Position numbers and translations under genes: made by a program. Of a stretch of DNA of 32,000 bases, positions 1-9,465 are shown piece by piece. This DNA is from Nostoc punctiforme PCC 73102. Lineage in GTDB: Bacteria > Cyanobacteriota > Cyanobacteriia > Cyanobacteriales > Nostocaceae. The notes under the pieces were generated by a model that was not told the origin of the DNA, ran no database searches, and was given only the letters and a program-made list of their open reading frames with translations. The first letter of the stretch is position 1, and the number at the start of each line of letters is the position of its first letter. Location: assembly GCF_000020025.1 (NCBI RefSeq), contig NC_010628.1:3210001-3242000 (forward strand), given 5' to 3'.

Positions 1-1404
1 GAGGGTGTGCAGTCCATCCAAAATATGAGCTTGATTTTTGATATTGGCGGACAAACTAAAACCCGCTCAACTACCACTACTGAGGATGGGGCGACGGTTA
101 AAGTTGTTGACGAGATTTGGGGTTTCGTTTGCTATGCCGCTCAAATTTATGATGATAGCCGCGATCGCCTTAATGGCAATCCTAATGATTATTGGGTGTG
201 CTTGAAGCGGACAACCACAGATTACACCTACGACGAAGATACTGGCTACTTACTTTCTACTGCAACATCTGGCTATAATACTGTACGCTTCCGCCAAGAA
301 TCAGCGGACAATCCCGAAACACTGGGGATGGATTCAGGCGATCCAGAACTCGATTTGTATAAATTTATTCAAATACCAGTTCTTGGGCGCACTAGCTACT
401 ACCTCAAATTGATGCCTGAATACAGTAGCGAGGGGTTATTTGAATTAGTAAAAGTGTGCAACAGAGACGGTACTAGTACACTTCAGCCGCTAATTAATCC
501 AGACTACGCGCCGCCGTACTATGTGGAGTATGAGCGCACGGAATCAGTCGCGTTTGCAAGTCGCCCCAACCCAGATAATGAAGGTAGAACCGGAAGTGAA
601 GACGACCCCCTTGCGCCTGATTTAACTGCAGGGGAAGAATCAAAATTTGAAGCTTTCACTCAAGTGACTGTTGCTACATACCAACAAAAGTTAATAGGGT
701 TTGAGGGTGGCTACCCAACTTACGAGCGCGGGGAAGAAAATACACCCCAAAAGTTCACCAAGTACATCAAACAATTCAAGGCTCAAGGCCCCGCGATCGC
801 CACTGCCCTAGAAGAAATCTCAATTGAAGAGGGCACTGGAGAACTGCCCACAGCCACTAGAAGTCCACCACAATTTACCAAAGAACAACCTGCTGAAAAA
901 CCTAATAAAACCGAAGAGGAGAAACAGAAATATCGGTATTTTCTGCAAACTGCGGGGTATACGGCGGCCGCCCCGATTAATGGCAGTGAAAGCTTCCCCT
1001 TAGCTAAAACTTTTGAGCAAGCGCTGACTGCTGCTCGGTGTAAATTGGCTATTGAAAATTGGAGAAATGGATTTACAGAGACGTTGCAAGTTGGGGGGAA
1101 TTTGGGGATTCGAGAGGGCGATCGCTTTAACTACACTTGCAATGGTGAATTTCGCCAAAGGATAGTACTAGGAGCGCAAACTACACTCAATATTTTGGGC
1201 GCGGTTGACGGTGTGCCTAAGGTGACTTCTGTTACTTCCCTCACATTGGGGCGATGGATGTTGCCAGAGTTGACTTATAGTAAAGTGCCAGTGCCCAAGG
1301 AGCCGAAAGCGCCTAGATTTAATATCACCGTAACTGATGTGGTAAGCGCCGAACTAGGCAGTATTATTGATTGGGCGAAGATTAGAAGTAGAAGAAATCC
1401 TTAG
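1..1404 (+). CDS. Hypothetical protein, 5'-partial (frame open to window edge)
   Basis: Track ORF 7..1404 begins at a GTG. The same frame has no stop back to nt 1, so the gene probably starts upstream of the window. It is the only long plus-strand ORF at this end and converges on the minus-strand tail operon. It contains HIP1 sites. No family recognised by eye. Confidence 0.55.
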   Translation, partial: EGVQSIQNMSLIFDIGGQTKTRSTTTTEDGATVKVVDEIWGFVCYAAQIYDDSRDRLNGNPNDYWVCLKRTTTDYTYDEDTGYLLSTATSGYNTVRFRQESADNPETLGMDSGDPELDLYKFIQIPVLGRTSYYLKLMPEYSSEGLFELVKVCNRDGTSTLQPLINPDYAPPYYVEYERTESVAFASRPNPDNEGRTGSEDDPLAPDLTAGEESKFEAFTQVTVATYQQKLIGFEGGYPTYERGEENTPQKFTKYIKQFKAQGPAIATALEEISIEEGTGELPTATRSPPQFTKEQPAEKPNKTEEEKQKYRYFLQTAGYTAAAPINGSESFPLAKTFEQALTAARCKLAIENWRNGFTETLQVGGNLGIREGDRFNYTCNGEFRQRIVLGAQTTLNILGAVDGVPKVTSVTSLTLGRWMLPELTYSKVPVPKEPKAPRFNITVTDVVSAELGSIIDWAKIRSRRNP

Positions 1405-1576
1405 TTATTTTTATTATGTACACCACTGCTAAAGTAGCCGAACCTTGGCGATCGCTATTCCCCAAAATCAAAGAATCTACTACCAGTATTGAAGTTACGG
1501 TGCGCGGTCAAAGTTTCACAATTGAGATTCCCAAGAGGCGATCGCAGGTCACTACCAACAGAAATTTACAATTTCG

Positions 1577-3103
1577 CTAGCCTGAAAATGTCTTTTTCTT
1601 TTTATCTTCATTGAAAATTGTTGGCTGCGCTAATCGCTTGACAATTGTAAATTCTTCATTTACGACATCTTTGAAATCACCAACTCTTTTAAGTTTACTG
1701 TAGGGCACAAATAAATCCTTGTTTTCCAAAGGTGGCGGCATTTCACCCACGTTCACGGGCTGGTAATTAACATCTGGGAAAACGCTTGCATTTATTGGTG
1801 AAGAGAATATTGCATCGTTTGGCGTTAAAGTGGTATTTTCTTCGCCTTCCAAAAACTCTTCTTTGATAAAGATAAAAACTTGTTGCCTGTAGGGATAATC
1901 TAATGCAATATCATAAGTACCGGGGATATCTACTTTCAAAACAATGCCGCCAACAGAACCATAAGCTGTAAATGGTTTGTCTCCACTTGGCATTGGTTTT
2001 TGCCCTGTGGCGGGGTTTGTCGGATTAATGCTTGCTGAAATATTTGCCCAAAACCCGCCACTCAAAATTAATCCCACTTGGTTGTTTTCAAAAAGCCATA
2101 ACAGACCTAGATTACAGCATGGATTAACTCTTGAGCTTAAATTATTTATATCTCCTAAATCCCAAATTACAATTCCTTTGTCTCTTGAATTGGCGCTAGA
2201 ATCACCATCGCTATCTTTAACTCCAGAGATTGCTAAATACTTTATAGTGCCAGATGAATTTTGATACTTTATGCAGAATGAAATTGTTTCATCGAAAAAG
2301 CCTAGTAATTGATTGCTGGATTGCACTGAATCAGTAATTGTTGGATTAATTATTATAAAAGGATTGGTTGTGGTTGACAAAGGCATCTGGATACTAATAT
2401 TTGTTATTTGATTAACCCTATCTTTGCATCCAATAGAATCTACTTGACAATATCCACTAGCATAGTCATAAATAACTCCTTCCAATATTTCTTCTCTAGC
2501 AGATGCTGTTAACAGCTTTAGAGTTTTGTCCGAGCCATACCCTAGGCTATAATAAGCACCATTTAATACGCTTTCGTCAAACTGCTCTCTTGTATTCCTA
2601 CCAATATCAAATGTATTTAACCTAGTTGTTTTAAATCCTAAAATTAATACTTGAGGATTTAAAAAAATCAAATCTGGAACTTCTTTTTTAATAGTGTAAA
2701 CACTGTTTTTGATTTCACAAATATAATATTTATTATTTGACTCTATTGGGTAAAGAAAAGGGTTGCTATTGGGGTCAACCCCGATAGGGTAATAAACATC
2801 GATAATAATAGCTATACCTAAATCAGTAACTTTTTTGATGGGAACCGATCGCCTATATTCAATAATTCTTCTACTGCTGGTATTTTCCGTTTCATTGGCA
2901 GCACCAGTGAGATACCAATTACCTTTGTCAGTGAGAAGGGCGATCGCCTCTCCTGCTTCTAGGTTAGTTAAATAGGTTGCTCTAACATTAGCGCCGCTAA
3001 CTCTCAAGCTTACCGTTTGTGCGGCAACCCCTTTGGGAACCCGAACGGTAAGCATATTGGTGATAACAAATAGCTTTTTGAGTTCTTCAAAAGTAACCAT
3101 CAA
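1577..3103 (-). CDS. Distal tail protein, candidate receptor-binding protein (508 aa), AT-rich
   Basis: Last gene of the minus-strand tail operon, with a 4-nt start/stop overlap with the upstream gene at 3100-3103. N/S/T/I/Y-rich, beta-looking sequence. Markedly AT-rich except for the 5' ~160 nt. Function inferred from position only. Confidence 0.6.
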   Translation of the reverse strand: MMVTFEELKKLFVITNMLTVRVPKGVAAQTVSLRVSGANVRATYLTNLEAGEAIALLTDKGNWYLTGAANETENTSSRRIIEYRRSVPIKKVTDLGIAIIIDVYYPIGVDPNSNPFLYPIESNNKYYICEIKNSVYTIKKEVPDLIFLNPQVLILGFKTTRLNTFDIGRNTREQFDESVLNGAYYSLGYGSDKTLKLLTASAREEILEGVIYDYASGYCQVDSIGCKDRVNQITNISIQMPLSTTTNPFIIINPTITDSVQSSNQLLGFFDETISFCIKYQNSSGTIKYLAISGVKDSDGDSSANSRDKGIVIWDLGDINNLSSRVNPCCNLGLLWLFENNQVGLILSGGFWANISASINPTNPATGQKPMPSGDKPFTAYGSVGGIVLKVDIPGTYDIALDYPYRQQVFIFIKEEFLEGEENTTLTPNDAIFSSPINASVFPDVNYQPVNVGEMPPPLENKDLFVPYSKLKRVGDFKDVVNEEFTIVKRLAQPTIFNEDKKKKTFSG

Positions 3104-3741
3104 AAATCTGCGCTAACGTTTTCGTAGCCAAAAAATCCACTTGGGCTACTACTGGGTGCGGGATGAGCTATCCAAGTGTCTCTTGTGCCATCCGACCCAT
3201 ATATTAACTTTCCACCTGAATAGAAAGTGCCACTGTAAATCCCCACAACCCAGTATTGAATTGTATTTGCCGATCCTGGGGGGAACTGGGAATTGTTACC
3301 AAGTCTGTAAATTTTAGCAGTCGCTCCCCCCGATATAATTTCAATTTCGTTACCGTATACTTGCTCTACTGGTATGCGTATTTCTATCGGGGGCGAAGAA
3401 TTAGATCCACAAACCAAGATTCTTTCCCCAAAGCTCGCATTGTATGGGGTTTGTGTGGTTAGCACGGTTAAAGGAGCAGCGCCGCCGCCACTATCATTGT
3501 TATTGCTTGCACCATACCGATGCCATCTACCCACCCCGTCATTTGGGGCAACTATTGATGGTAGGCTTTCTGCTGTCGATGAGGAACTATTGTATCTATA
3601 CCAACTTGAACTTCCAACGCCATCATCCAAAACCGTCAAGAAAAGGTTAGGTACACGCTTTGGAGTTGTAGAATTATTTAAAGTTTTTAAAACGGTGATG
3701 CTAGCAACTGATAGAGAATCGGTAATAAAAGCCATATTCAA
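3100..3741 (-). CDS. Tail fibre-like protein (213 aa)
   Basis: Translationally coupled on both sides (overlaps at 3738-3741 and 3100-3103). Ser/Gly/Asn-rich. The N-terminal pattern (ASITVLKTL...LFLTVLDDG...WYRY...NDGVGRWHRY) resembles N-termini of phage fibre/spike proteins, from memory only. Confidence 0.55.
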   Translation of the reverse strand: MNMAFITDSLSVASITVLKTLNNSTTPKRVPNLFLTVLDDGVGSSSWYRYNSSSSTAESLPSIVAPNDGVGRWHRYGASNNNDSGGGAAPLTVLTTQTPYNASFGERILVCGSNSSPPIEIRIPVEQVYGNEIEIISGGATAKIYRLGNNSQFPPGSANTIQYWVVGIYSGTFYSGGKLIYGSDGTRDTWIAHPAPSSSPSGFFGYENVSADF

Positions 3742-5786
3742 ATATATATAATATTGCCATCTGAACTTACTACAATATTGCCCGAACTATCTATCAATAT
3801 TCTTTCAAAATTAACCCCACCACCCGTAGCTGGGGGAAAGGCAAAAGTTAAATAGGCGTGGGTAATAGTTCCAGCATTAATTACAGTGGGCGGTTCACCC
3901 TCATCTAAAATAGTAATTGCAGGGTTAACCTCAATTGTCCCCGGCTCTAATTCTCCTTCAAATTCATAAACGCATGGTGGGGATGCGTGGCTAATTGAGG
4001 TGATTTGGTTGCCATCGTAAACAAAACTGTAAGATACGCGGTAACTGGTAGATGGGAAGTTGCCAGTAATTGCAGGCGCGATCGCCCCTGTCAATGGCGC
4101 AAATAAAGAGAAATCGTCGTCAGCAAATAGTAAATCGCTGACGACACCCGCAGCCCAATTACTGATAGTAAATTGCTGTGAACTTGCGGCCACCACGCCA
4201 AACCCAGAGAAACGGCGGATTTCTAGAGTATCCTGTCTTTGTAAATAAATATTTACACTGAAGGGATTAAACAACCCTTTGTTTTTGCTGATATCATCTG
4301 CGATCACGTCTGGGTAATTAGCGCGAATCATTCCCACGCCATTTACTGTGCAAGGATAAGAAAGAATTAGAGTAGCTCCCGCAGTTATTGCGACGTAGCC
4401 ACTCCAACCACCAGGAGAGCTTTCCCCCGCCAGAGTAGAAACGATCGCCCTTATTCCTTCACTACTAGTTCGCGTATAACTTGGTGATTCCGTAAAAACG
4501 TCTCCATTGCCATTAATAACTACTTTTTGTCCTGCTAAATTTGGTTGCAGATTCCCAAAAGTCCGCCGAGGTTTTTCAGGTGGGTTATAGCTGCCAATTA
4601 AGGGTATCCCTCTCAGCACATCGTAACTTAGCCCAAAATTGGGCACTACTCGATAGCGATCGCCAACATCAATAATTACTCCGCCAACTGTTTGCGTATA
4701 CGACAAAAGTAACCCTACAGGGTTGTAGTCGCCCGATTGCACGCGGGTTGCTGGGAATACACCAATGATGTCTTTTACAGTGAATTCAGCAGCTGCAAAA
4801 AATGGTTTTACTGCAAGGGCGATCGCCTCTGTTGGCTGTAAGTCGTCAATTGTAATAAAAGGCGTGGTTAGTTTTGGTGTCCAAGGGAAGTCTGCACCGC
4901 AATTTGGGAAGTCCCGCCCATCACCATCTTGGGTTCTGATGCTGCCATCGGCTTTCACAAATCCGATGAACTTCACCATGAATAAGCCACTGAGCAGATC
5001 GGGACTACGCTTGTTATTGTATTCCAACTCAATTCCAAACTCTGTCCCCGCCGGAATTGCGTTTGGACTGTCATTGTAAATCCAATATTTTGCCTCCCAC
5101 GCCGGGAGATACTTACTTAAAGTTTCCCCTGGATAAGGGGGAGTGGGAATTGTGGTAATTGGATTTATTGAATTGATGGGGCGATCGCTCCCCACCCCAG
5201 CACGAGTATCGCTCACGTAGGTTGATGGGCCGCCAACTCGTACCCACTGGCCAATATCAGCGGCAATTACATCTGGAGATAAAGGTAAATTTGAATTAGC
5301 GCGATACTCCACAAAAATTGAGAGGGCGGTAATAAATCGCACTTGCCCGTCAAGGCGATCCGCTCCACTAGGAAGGCTCCCTACGCTGGTCACGGAAGGA
5401 GCTAACGCAGTGTGAATACTGCGGGTCAATTCTAGGACTGCTGGCAACAGTGTTTTTACCGACTGCGGTTCAATACCAATGCCGTATTGGAATGCAGCGA
5501 CGCGAGCAATTTGGACGTGAGTGGAGGGGTCGTTTGTCACCCCAGCACTGACAACAAAATAATGTACATCCCAACCATCGGGCATTTCGGGGATGGTGAT
5601 GATGATTTTTTGATTGGTGGAGTAGGCGATCGCACCACTTACACTTGGCTTATTGAATCCAGCGCGGTTTTGTAGTTGGAAAGAAAAATAAATTGTTCCA
5701 GCAGTGAGACTACCGCCGTTAGTAGCGCCAACATCAAACAAGGGGCAAGTTTCACCAACTCCGGCATATTGGGCGATTAATGCCAT
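3738..5786 (-). CDS. Large tail-tip/baseplate or fibre protein (682 aa)
   Basis: Largest ORF downstream of the tape measure gene. Shares nt 5786 with the end of the upstream gene and is coupled to the downstream gene. Beta-rich composition. Function by position only. Confidence 0.6.
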   Translation of the reverse strand: MALIAQYAGVGETCPLFDVGATNGGSLTAGTIYFSFQLQNRAGFNKPSVSGAIAYSTNQKIIITIPEMPDGWDVHYFVVSAGVTNDPSTHVQIARVAAFQYGIGIEPQSVKTLLPAVLELTRSIHTALAPSVTSVGSLPSGADRLDGQVRFITALSIFVEYRANSNLPLSPDVIAADIGQWVRVGGPSTYVSDTRAGVGSDRPINSINPITTIPTPPYPGETLSKYLPAWEAKYWIYNDSPNAIPAGTEFGIELEYNNKRSPDLLSGLFMVKFIGFVKADGSIRTQDGDGRDFPNCGADFPWTPKLTTPFITIDDLQPTEAIALAVKPFFAAAEFTVKDIIGVFPATRVQSGDYNPVGLLLSYTQTVGGVIIDVGDRYRVVPNFGLSYDVLRGIPLIGSYNPPEKPRRTFGNLQPNLAGQKVVINGNGDVFTESPSYTRTSSEGIRAIVSTLAGESSPGGWSGYVAITAGATLILSYPCTVNGVGMIRANYPDVIADDISKNKGLFNPFSVNIYLQRQDTLEIRRFSGFGVVAASSQQFTISNWAAGVVSDLLFADDDFSLFAPLTGAIAPAITGNFPSTSYRVSYSFVYDGNQITSISHASPPCVYEFEGELEPGTIEVNPAITILDEGEPPTVINAGTITHAYLTFAFPPATGGGVNFERILIDSSGNIVVSSDGNIIYI

Positions 5787-6607
5787 TAAACTTGTCTCCC
5801 TAATGCAGTTTGCAATGCTTGAACTGCGCTATAAAATGCAGTAGCTTGTGTTGGTGTAATGCCAGTTCCAATGCTGTGAAAGCCGCAAATTAAATTAGAA
5901 TTTCTTCCAAAAGCAGATCCCGACCAACTACCAAATATAGAAACTTCAGCAGTGGATAAAGCATTAGTAGTAAAAGCCGTATCAATTCCTACTTGATTGC
6001 CTCTATAAAATAAATACCCCAAGTTTGCAGCAGTATTAGAACCTATCAAATGTCCAGGAACTATGTTGTTTGCGTAAGCTGCTACAACTTCAGCACCAGA
6101 ACCAAGAACTGACTGGACGTTATTGCCATTTCTTTCTAATCTAAAATTCCCAACACTATTACATCCAAGATATGCAGCAGGACTAGCCCCTGTTACTGCT
6201 CCTGCATTCCTAGCATATACGCTCAAATGCTGATTAAAAGAAGTAGTAAGTTGAACGCTAGGAATAAACCCAGTTTTTAAATATTTAGTTCCGCTGGTAT
6301 CACCAGTCAATCCAGTGGTTTCTGAGTAATTACCAGGAGCAAAGCCCACATTTGTCAGTGAAGATTGAATGTTACCTGGGTATTTCAATTTAACTAAAGC
6401 TGCTGCTAATTCATTACCTGCATACGGCGCAATTTCTAATAAAGAATCCCAGAAATTGTTTAGTTTAGCAGTGGTAATAAAAGTATCAATAGCATTTAAG
6501 CTGGAATTTGATATACTCCCGCCTACTGCAATTATTCTATTTTTGAAGCTAGTTATATCGGAATTAAGTTTAGATGTACCTAGTTTTGAGCCAATAATTA
6601 GTGCCAT
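5786..6607 (-). CDS. Tail-associated protein (273 aa), possible lectin-fold/fibre component
   Basis: Sits in the tightly packed tail operon, abutting neighbours at 6607/6608 and 5786. G/S/N/A/T-rich. Lower G+C than the head genes. No motif firmly recognised. Confidence 0.55.
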   Translation of the reverse strand: MALIIGSKLGTSKLNSDITSFKNRIIAVGGSISNSSLNAIDTFITTAKLNNFWDSLLEIAPYAGNELAAALVKLKYPGNIQSSLTNVGFAPGNYSETTGLTGDTSGTKYLKTGFIPSVQLTTSFNQHLSVYARNAGAVTGASPAAYLGCNSVGNFRLERNGNNVQSVLGSGAEVVAAYANNIVPGHLIGSNTAANLGYLFYRGNQVGIDTAFTTNALSTAEVSIFGSWSGSAFGRNSNLICGFHSIGTGITPTQATAFYSAVQALQTALGRQV

Positions 6608-7063
6608 CTAATTTAATGCCTCTTGCACCTCTTGTTCGTTTACGGGATAAATTTTTAGTTCTTCAGCACGCGACTGCCCAGGTATTTGAGCCTGCCAATT
6701 TGGATCGGGTTCTGTAAGCGCAAGTAAAGCTGTGAGATTATCTTTACTATTTTGAGATATAAAAGTCTTCACTATTTCAAATAGTATTGAAATATTTATT
6801 CTGTCGTTTGCATTGATGACCATTTCAATTCTGTCTAGCAACCCCGGTATTTTAAATGTTTCTAAAGCTTCTTGCGGCGTTATCCCTTGTTGGAATAAAT
6901 CAACCAAAGTTAATTGTTTTGGTAATTTTTCTTGTGGTACGGGATTATTGATTAGCGGTTTTTGATTCAGCAGAGAAGCGATCGCGGGAAAATTCTGCGC
7001 TGTTACCAATTGCTCGTATTCTGATAATTCGAGTTCGTCTCTAAGGATTGTAATTTTACTCAT
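6608..7063 (-). CDS. Hypothetical tail-operon protein (151 aa), possibly a fibre assembly factor
   Basis: 4-nt overlap with the upstream gene (7060-7063). Helical, acidic, non-structural-looking sequence placed among fibre-like genes. Function is a guess. Confidence 0.5.
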   Translation of the reverse strand: MSKITILRDELELSEYEQLVTAQNFPAIASLLNQKPLINNPVPQEKLPKQLTLVDLFQQGITPQEALETFKIPGLLDRIEMVINANDRINISILFEIVKTFISQNSKDNLTALLALTEPDPNWQAQIPGQSRAEELKIYPVNEQEVQEALN

Positions 7064-7617
7064 AATGTGTAGTAATGGAATGCGTAATTAACTGAATTTG
7101 CACCGGATAAGCTAAGGACTAATGCTGTATTCGCGTCTAATCTTAGTTCTCTATTTAAAAAGTAATTAATGGCTAAACCGTCCCCCTGATTTTGACATAA
7201 AATTCTTTCTTTCGTCGTAGCACCGGATTTTAATATTATGGTTGTTGCGGTACTTGCTTCAAGTTGAATTTTTAAATAGCTAATATTTATTGATATTCCC
7301 GTTCCAGGTGCGGCAATAATCGTATTGTCTCCAACAGTGTTGATTGTCCCAGCAATTATTGTGATAGCAGGTCTATCAAAGAGTGTTGCTAGTCTTTGCA
7401 GCAGTCGCTTGAAAAGGCTAATCAGGGTTGCATTAGCAGTGTCGCTATTTGCCGGGATATCTGAAATTGTCCCAATGGCTGAAGAATCACTTGCAGCGAT
7501 ATCCAGTTTTCCGTTAGCCCCAACAGCGATCGCCCTTACCTTGCCATCTGCATCTACCCCGCCTATTACGTGAGTTTGTAAAGTTCCTGTAGAATCATTC
7601 CCATTTTCAAATCCCAT
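7060..7617 (-). CDS. Small tail protein with shared N-terminal module A (185 aa)
   Basis: N-terminal 37 aa (MGFENGNDSTGTLQTHVIGGVDADGKVRAIAVGANGK) match the N-terminus of ORF 8507..8890 at 30 of 37 positions. The C-terminal domain is different. TAATG overlap with the upstream gene at 7617. Confidence 0.6.
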   Translation of the reverse strand: MGFENGNDSTGTLQTHVIGGVDADGKVRAIAVGANGKLDIAASDSSAIGTISDIPANSDTANATLISLFKRLLQRLATLFDRPAITIIAGTINTVGDNTIIAAPGTGISINISYLKIQLEASTATTIILKSGATTKERILCQNQGDGLAINYFLNRELRLDANTALVLSLSGANSVNYAFHYYTL

Positions 7618-8186
7618 TATCTTGCTAACCTGTATTGAATTAAAGCAATGGGCGCTCTTATGTTGGGAGCTAAAGCAGTTTTTACAAAAGTGGTATTAAA
7701 TCCTGCGCCCAACTTTGAATATTTGGTATTAATTGCATTACTACTTTTACAAATATAATCGGTAGTCTCCCCTCCATTGCCAGCGGTAATATTGATTGAT
7801 TGTAAATTTGACGTGGTGTTTCTAAACTGCAACGCCCAGTAATTTGCAGCGCTCAAATTACCAGACAAGACGCGAAACATTCCATGAATTTTGTATAGAT
7901 AAATATCATAATCGTTGCCTTGGTTGAAAGGAATATTATCAGTTGTGGCAGAAATATCGCCAATCACGCCGCCAATTAATACTCCCTGTCCTGACCAAGC
8001 ATGAATTGATTGCTGATACAGTTTTCTAGATAGCCACAAAGATCCATTCCAAAACCACTCCATTACTAAGTCGTTGTTTGCATCGACTTCATTGTGGCGA
8101 TCGCCCCGATTGGGTGACAAGGGAACACCAATAGAAGTAGTTTCTTTTATAGTTATTTGAGGCGTAAAACTAATATCGGTAGGCAT
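7617..8186 (-). CDS. Tail fibre-like protein (189 aa)
   Basis: In the tail operon. The N-terminal GDRH...EWFWNGSLW pattern resembles fibre N-terminal motifs, from memory and weakly. Function uncertain. Confidence 0.5.
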   Translation of the reverse strand: MPTDISFTPQITIKETTSIGVPLSPNRGDRHNEVDANNDLVMEWFWNGSLWLSRKLYQQSIHAWSGQGVLIGGVIGDISATTDNIPFNQGNDYDIYLYKIHGMFRVLSGNLSAANYWALQFRNTTSNLQSINITAGNGGETTDYICKSSNAINTKYSKLGAGFNTTFVKTALAPNIRAPIALIQYRLAR

Positions 8187-8209
8187 GCTTCAAGTCCGCA
8201 GAGGAACGA

Positions 8210-8497
8210 TTAGGAAAGTGAGGATATCCAAAAGGTTGTGCCAGTAGCAGTTGCAGCTGCATCTTTTGTCGGGTCGTAAGCGATCGCTCCTATGGTGTCG
8301 TTTCCTGTAGTTTCCCAAGAAAGCCCTTGACCGGGTACTATATTAGCTCCTAAGACAATGCCATTTTTAGTTCCCGCATTGTAAATAAAAACTGATTTTG
8401 CCCCCGCCGCTATACTCCCTGCTGTTGTTACAGTTAAATATCCGGGCGCTCTTTGGACACCTGCGACTGTTGATTGAGCTTGATAACTAATAGCCAT
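8210..8497 (-). CDS. Small tail protein consisting of module B only (95 aa)
   Basis: Residues 13-77 align without gaps to residues 53-117 of ORF 8507..8890, with 28 of 65 identical. The shared block includes TGNDTI. Confidence 0.55.
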   Translation of the reverse strand: MAISYQAQSTVAGVQRAPGYLTVTTAGSIAAGAKSVFIYNAGTKNGIVLGANIVPGQGLSWETTGNDTIGAIAYDPTKDAAATATGTTFWISSLS

Positions 8498-8506
8498 ATT
8501 TACTCC

Positions 8507-8890
8507 TTAAGTCAAAGTAACTAACATGAAGATTGTGTCTGTTGCATTATAAGAAATTTCAGCTATTGTGTCGTTACCTGTTGCTTCCAAAGATACCGAA
8601 TCCCCCGGCAAAAATTCGGTTTCAAGAAGCAATCCAGCAGATCCTCCAATATTGGCAACAAAAACCATTTTTGTCCCAGCAGGGATAACATTTTCGTCAC
8701 TGACTTTTTTAATATCGGGTTTTCTTTGTATTCCCGAATCAACAGGTGTAATACTAACACCTTCACCAATTGATTGTATCCTTCCATTTTCGTCAACAGC
8801 GATCGCTCTAACTTTGCCTTGAGAATCTACCCCACCTATTAAGTAGGTTTGTAGAGTCCCTGTAGAGTCGTTGCCGTTTTCAAATCCCAT
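8507..8890 (-). CDS. Small tail protein with modules A+B (127 aa)
   Basis: The N-terminus is paralogous to ORF 7060..7617. The C-terminal 65 aa are paralogous to ORF 8210..8497. Lies 2 nt downstream of the preceding gene. Confidence 0.6.
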   Translation of the reverse strand: MGFENGNDSTGTLQTYLIGGVDSQGKVRAIAVDENGRIQSIGEGVSITPVDSGIQRKPDIKKVSDENVIPAGTKMVFVANIGGSAGLLLETEFLPGDSVSLEATGNDTIAEISYNATDTIFMLVTLT

Positions 8891-8892
8891 AT

Positions 8893-9465
8893 CTACTTAA
8901 GTCTTAAATTAACTTCAGTGAAAGTGAGCGACCAATTACTATTTATATAATTTTGGTCGTAGCCAAGAGGTGGAGTTTCATCAATAATCATTTCTCCATA
9001 TCTAACTGTGGCTAATCTATTGTTGTAAATAAAGCGATCGCCTAATTCCACACTACAAAAGTCAACTACCTTGATTGGGCTGAATTGATTGTATTTACTA
9101 GACTCCGAAATCAGGATTAATTTTTGTAAAACCTCCAGAATTACTCGCTCTTTTTGAATAACTGTTGCTTTAAATCCCCGTTTAATTGTACTTGCACCAT
9201 AGCCAGTACGACTAAAAGTAGTCTTCAAACCTGGGCTATCCCCTAATCTATTTGTTTCTGGTGAATAGTCGGTGAATAATTTTAAATAAACATAGTTATT
9301 TGTGTCTGTTTCTTGATAATGGGTAGGGTCAAATAAATAAAACCATTTAGATGCAATTTGCAAATCCTCAATGACTGCAACGGGAGTTAGTACTAGCAAT
9401 GGAAGTCTGGCTAGTTTTCGCTGACAGTTAATTTGAGCATTGGCGATCGCTTCTAATATGGTCAT
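8893..9465 (-). CDS. Tail-tip protein immediately after the tape measure gene (190 aa), Dit-position
   Basis: ATGA start/stop overlap with the tape measure gene (9462-9465). The distal-tail-protein call rests on position only. Confidence 0.55.
   Translation of the reverse strand: MTILEAIANAQINCQRKLARLPLLVLTPVAVIEDLQIASKWFYLFDPTHYQETDTNNYVYLKLFTDYSPETNRLGDSPGLKTTFSRTGYGASTIKRGFKATVIQKERVILEVLQKLILISESSKYNQFSPIKVVDFCSVELGDRFIYNNRLATVRYGEMIIDETPPLGYDQNYINSNWSLTFTEVNLRLK

Noticed and set aside
1416-1580. A 54-codon plus-strand ORF (MYTTAKVAEPWRSLF...) starts 12 nt after the 465-aa ORF. Its TAG overlaps the stop of the convergent 508-aa gene within CTAG (1577-1580), which suggested overlapping convergent genes.
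   Set aside because: There is no recognisable ribosome-binding site or family, and it is below the ORF-track cutoff. The region could equally be a 172-nt convergent intergenic spacer containing two HIP1 copies. The overlap claim depends entirely on this unverified ORF.
7504-8890. The paralogous N-terminal modules of ORFs 7060..7617 and 8507..8890 might be a template/variable repeat pair of a diversity-generating retroelement.
   Set aside because: The nucleotide differences between the two copies involve all four bases rather than adenine-specific changes. Only about 110 nt are shared. No reverse transcriptase is present in the window.
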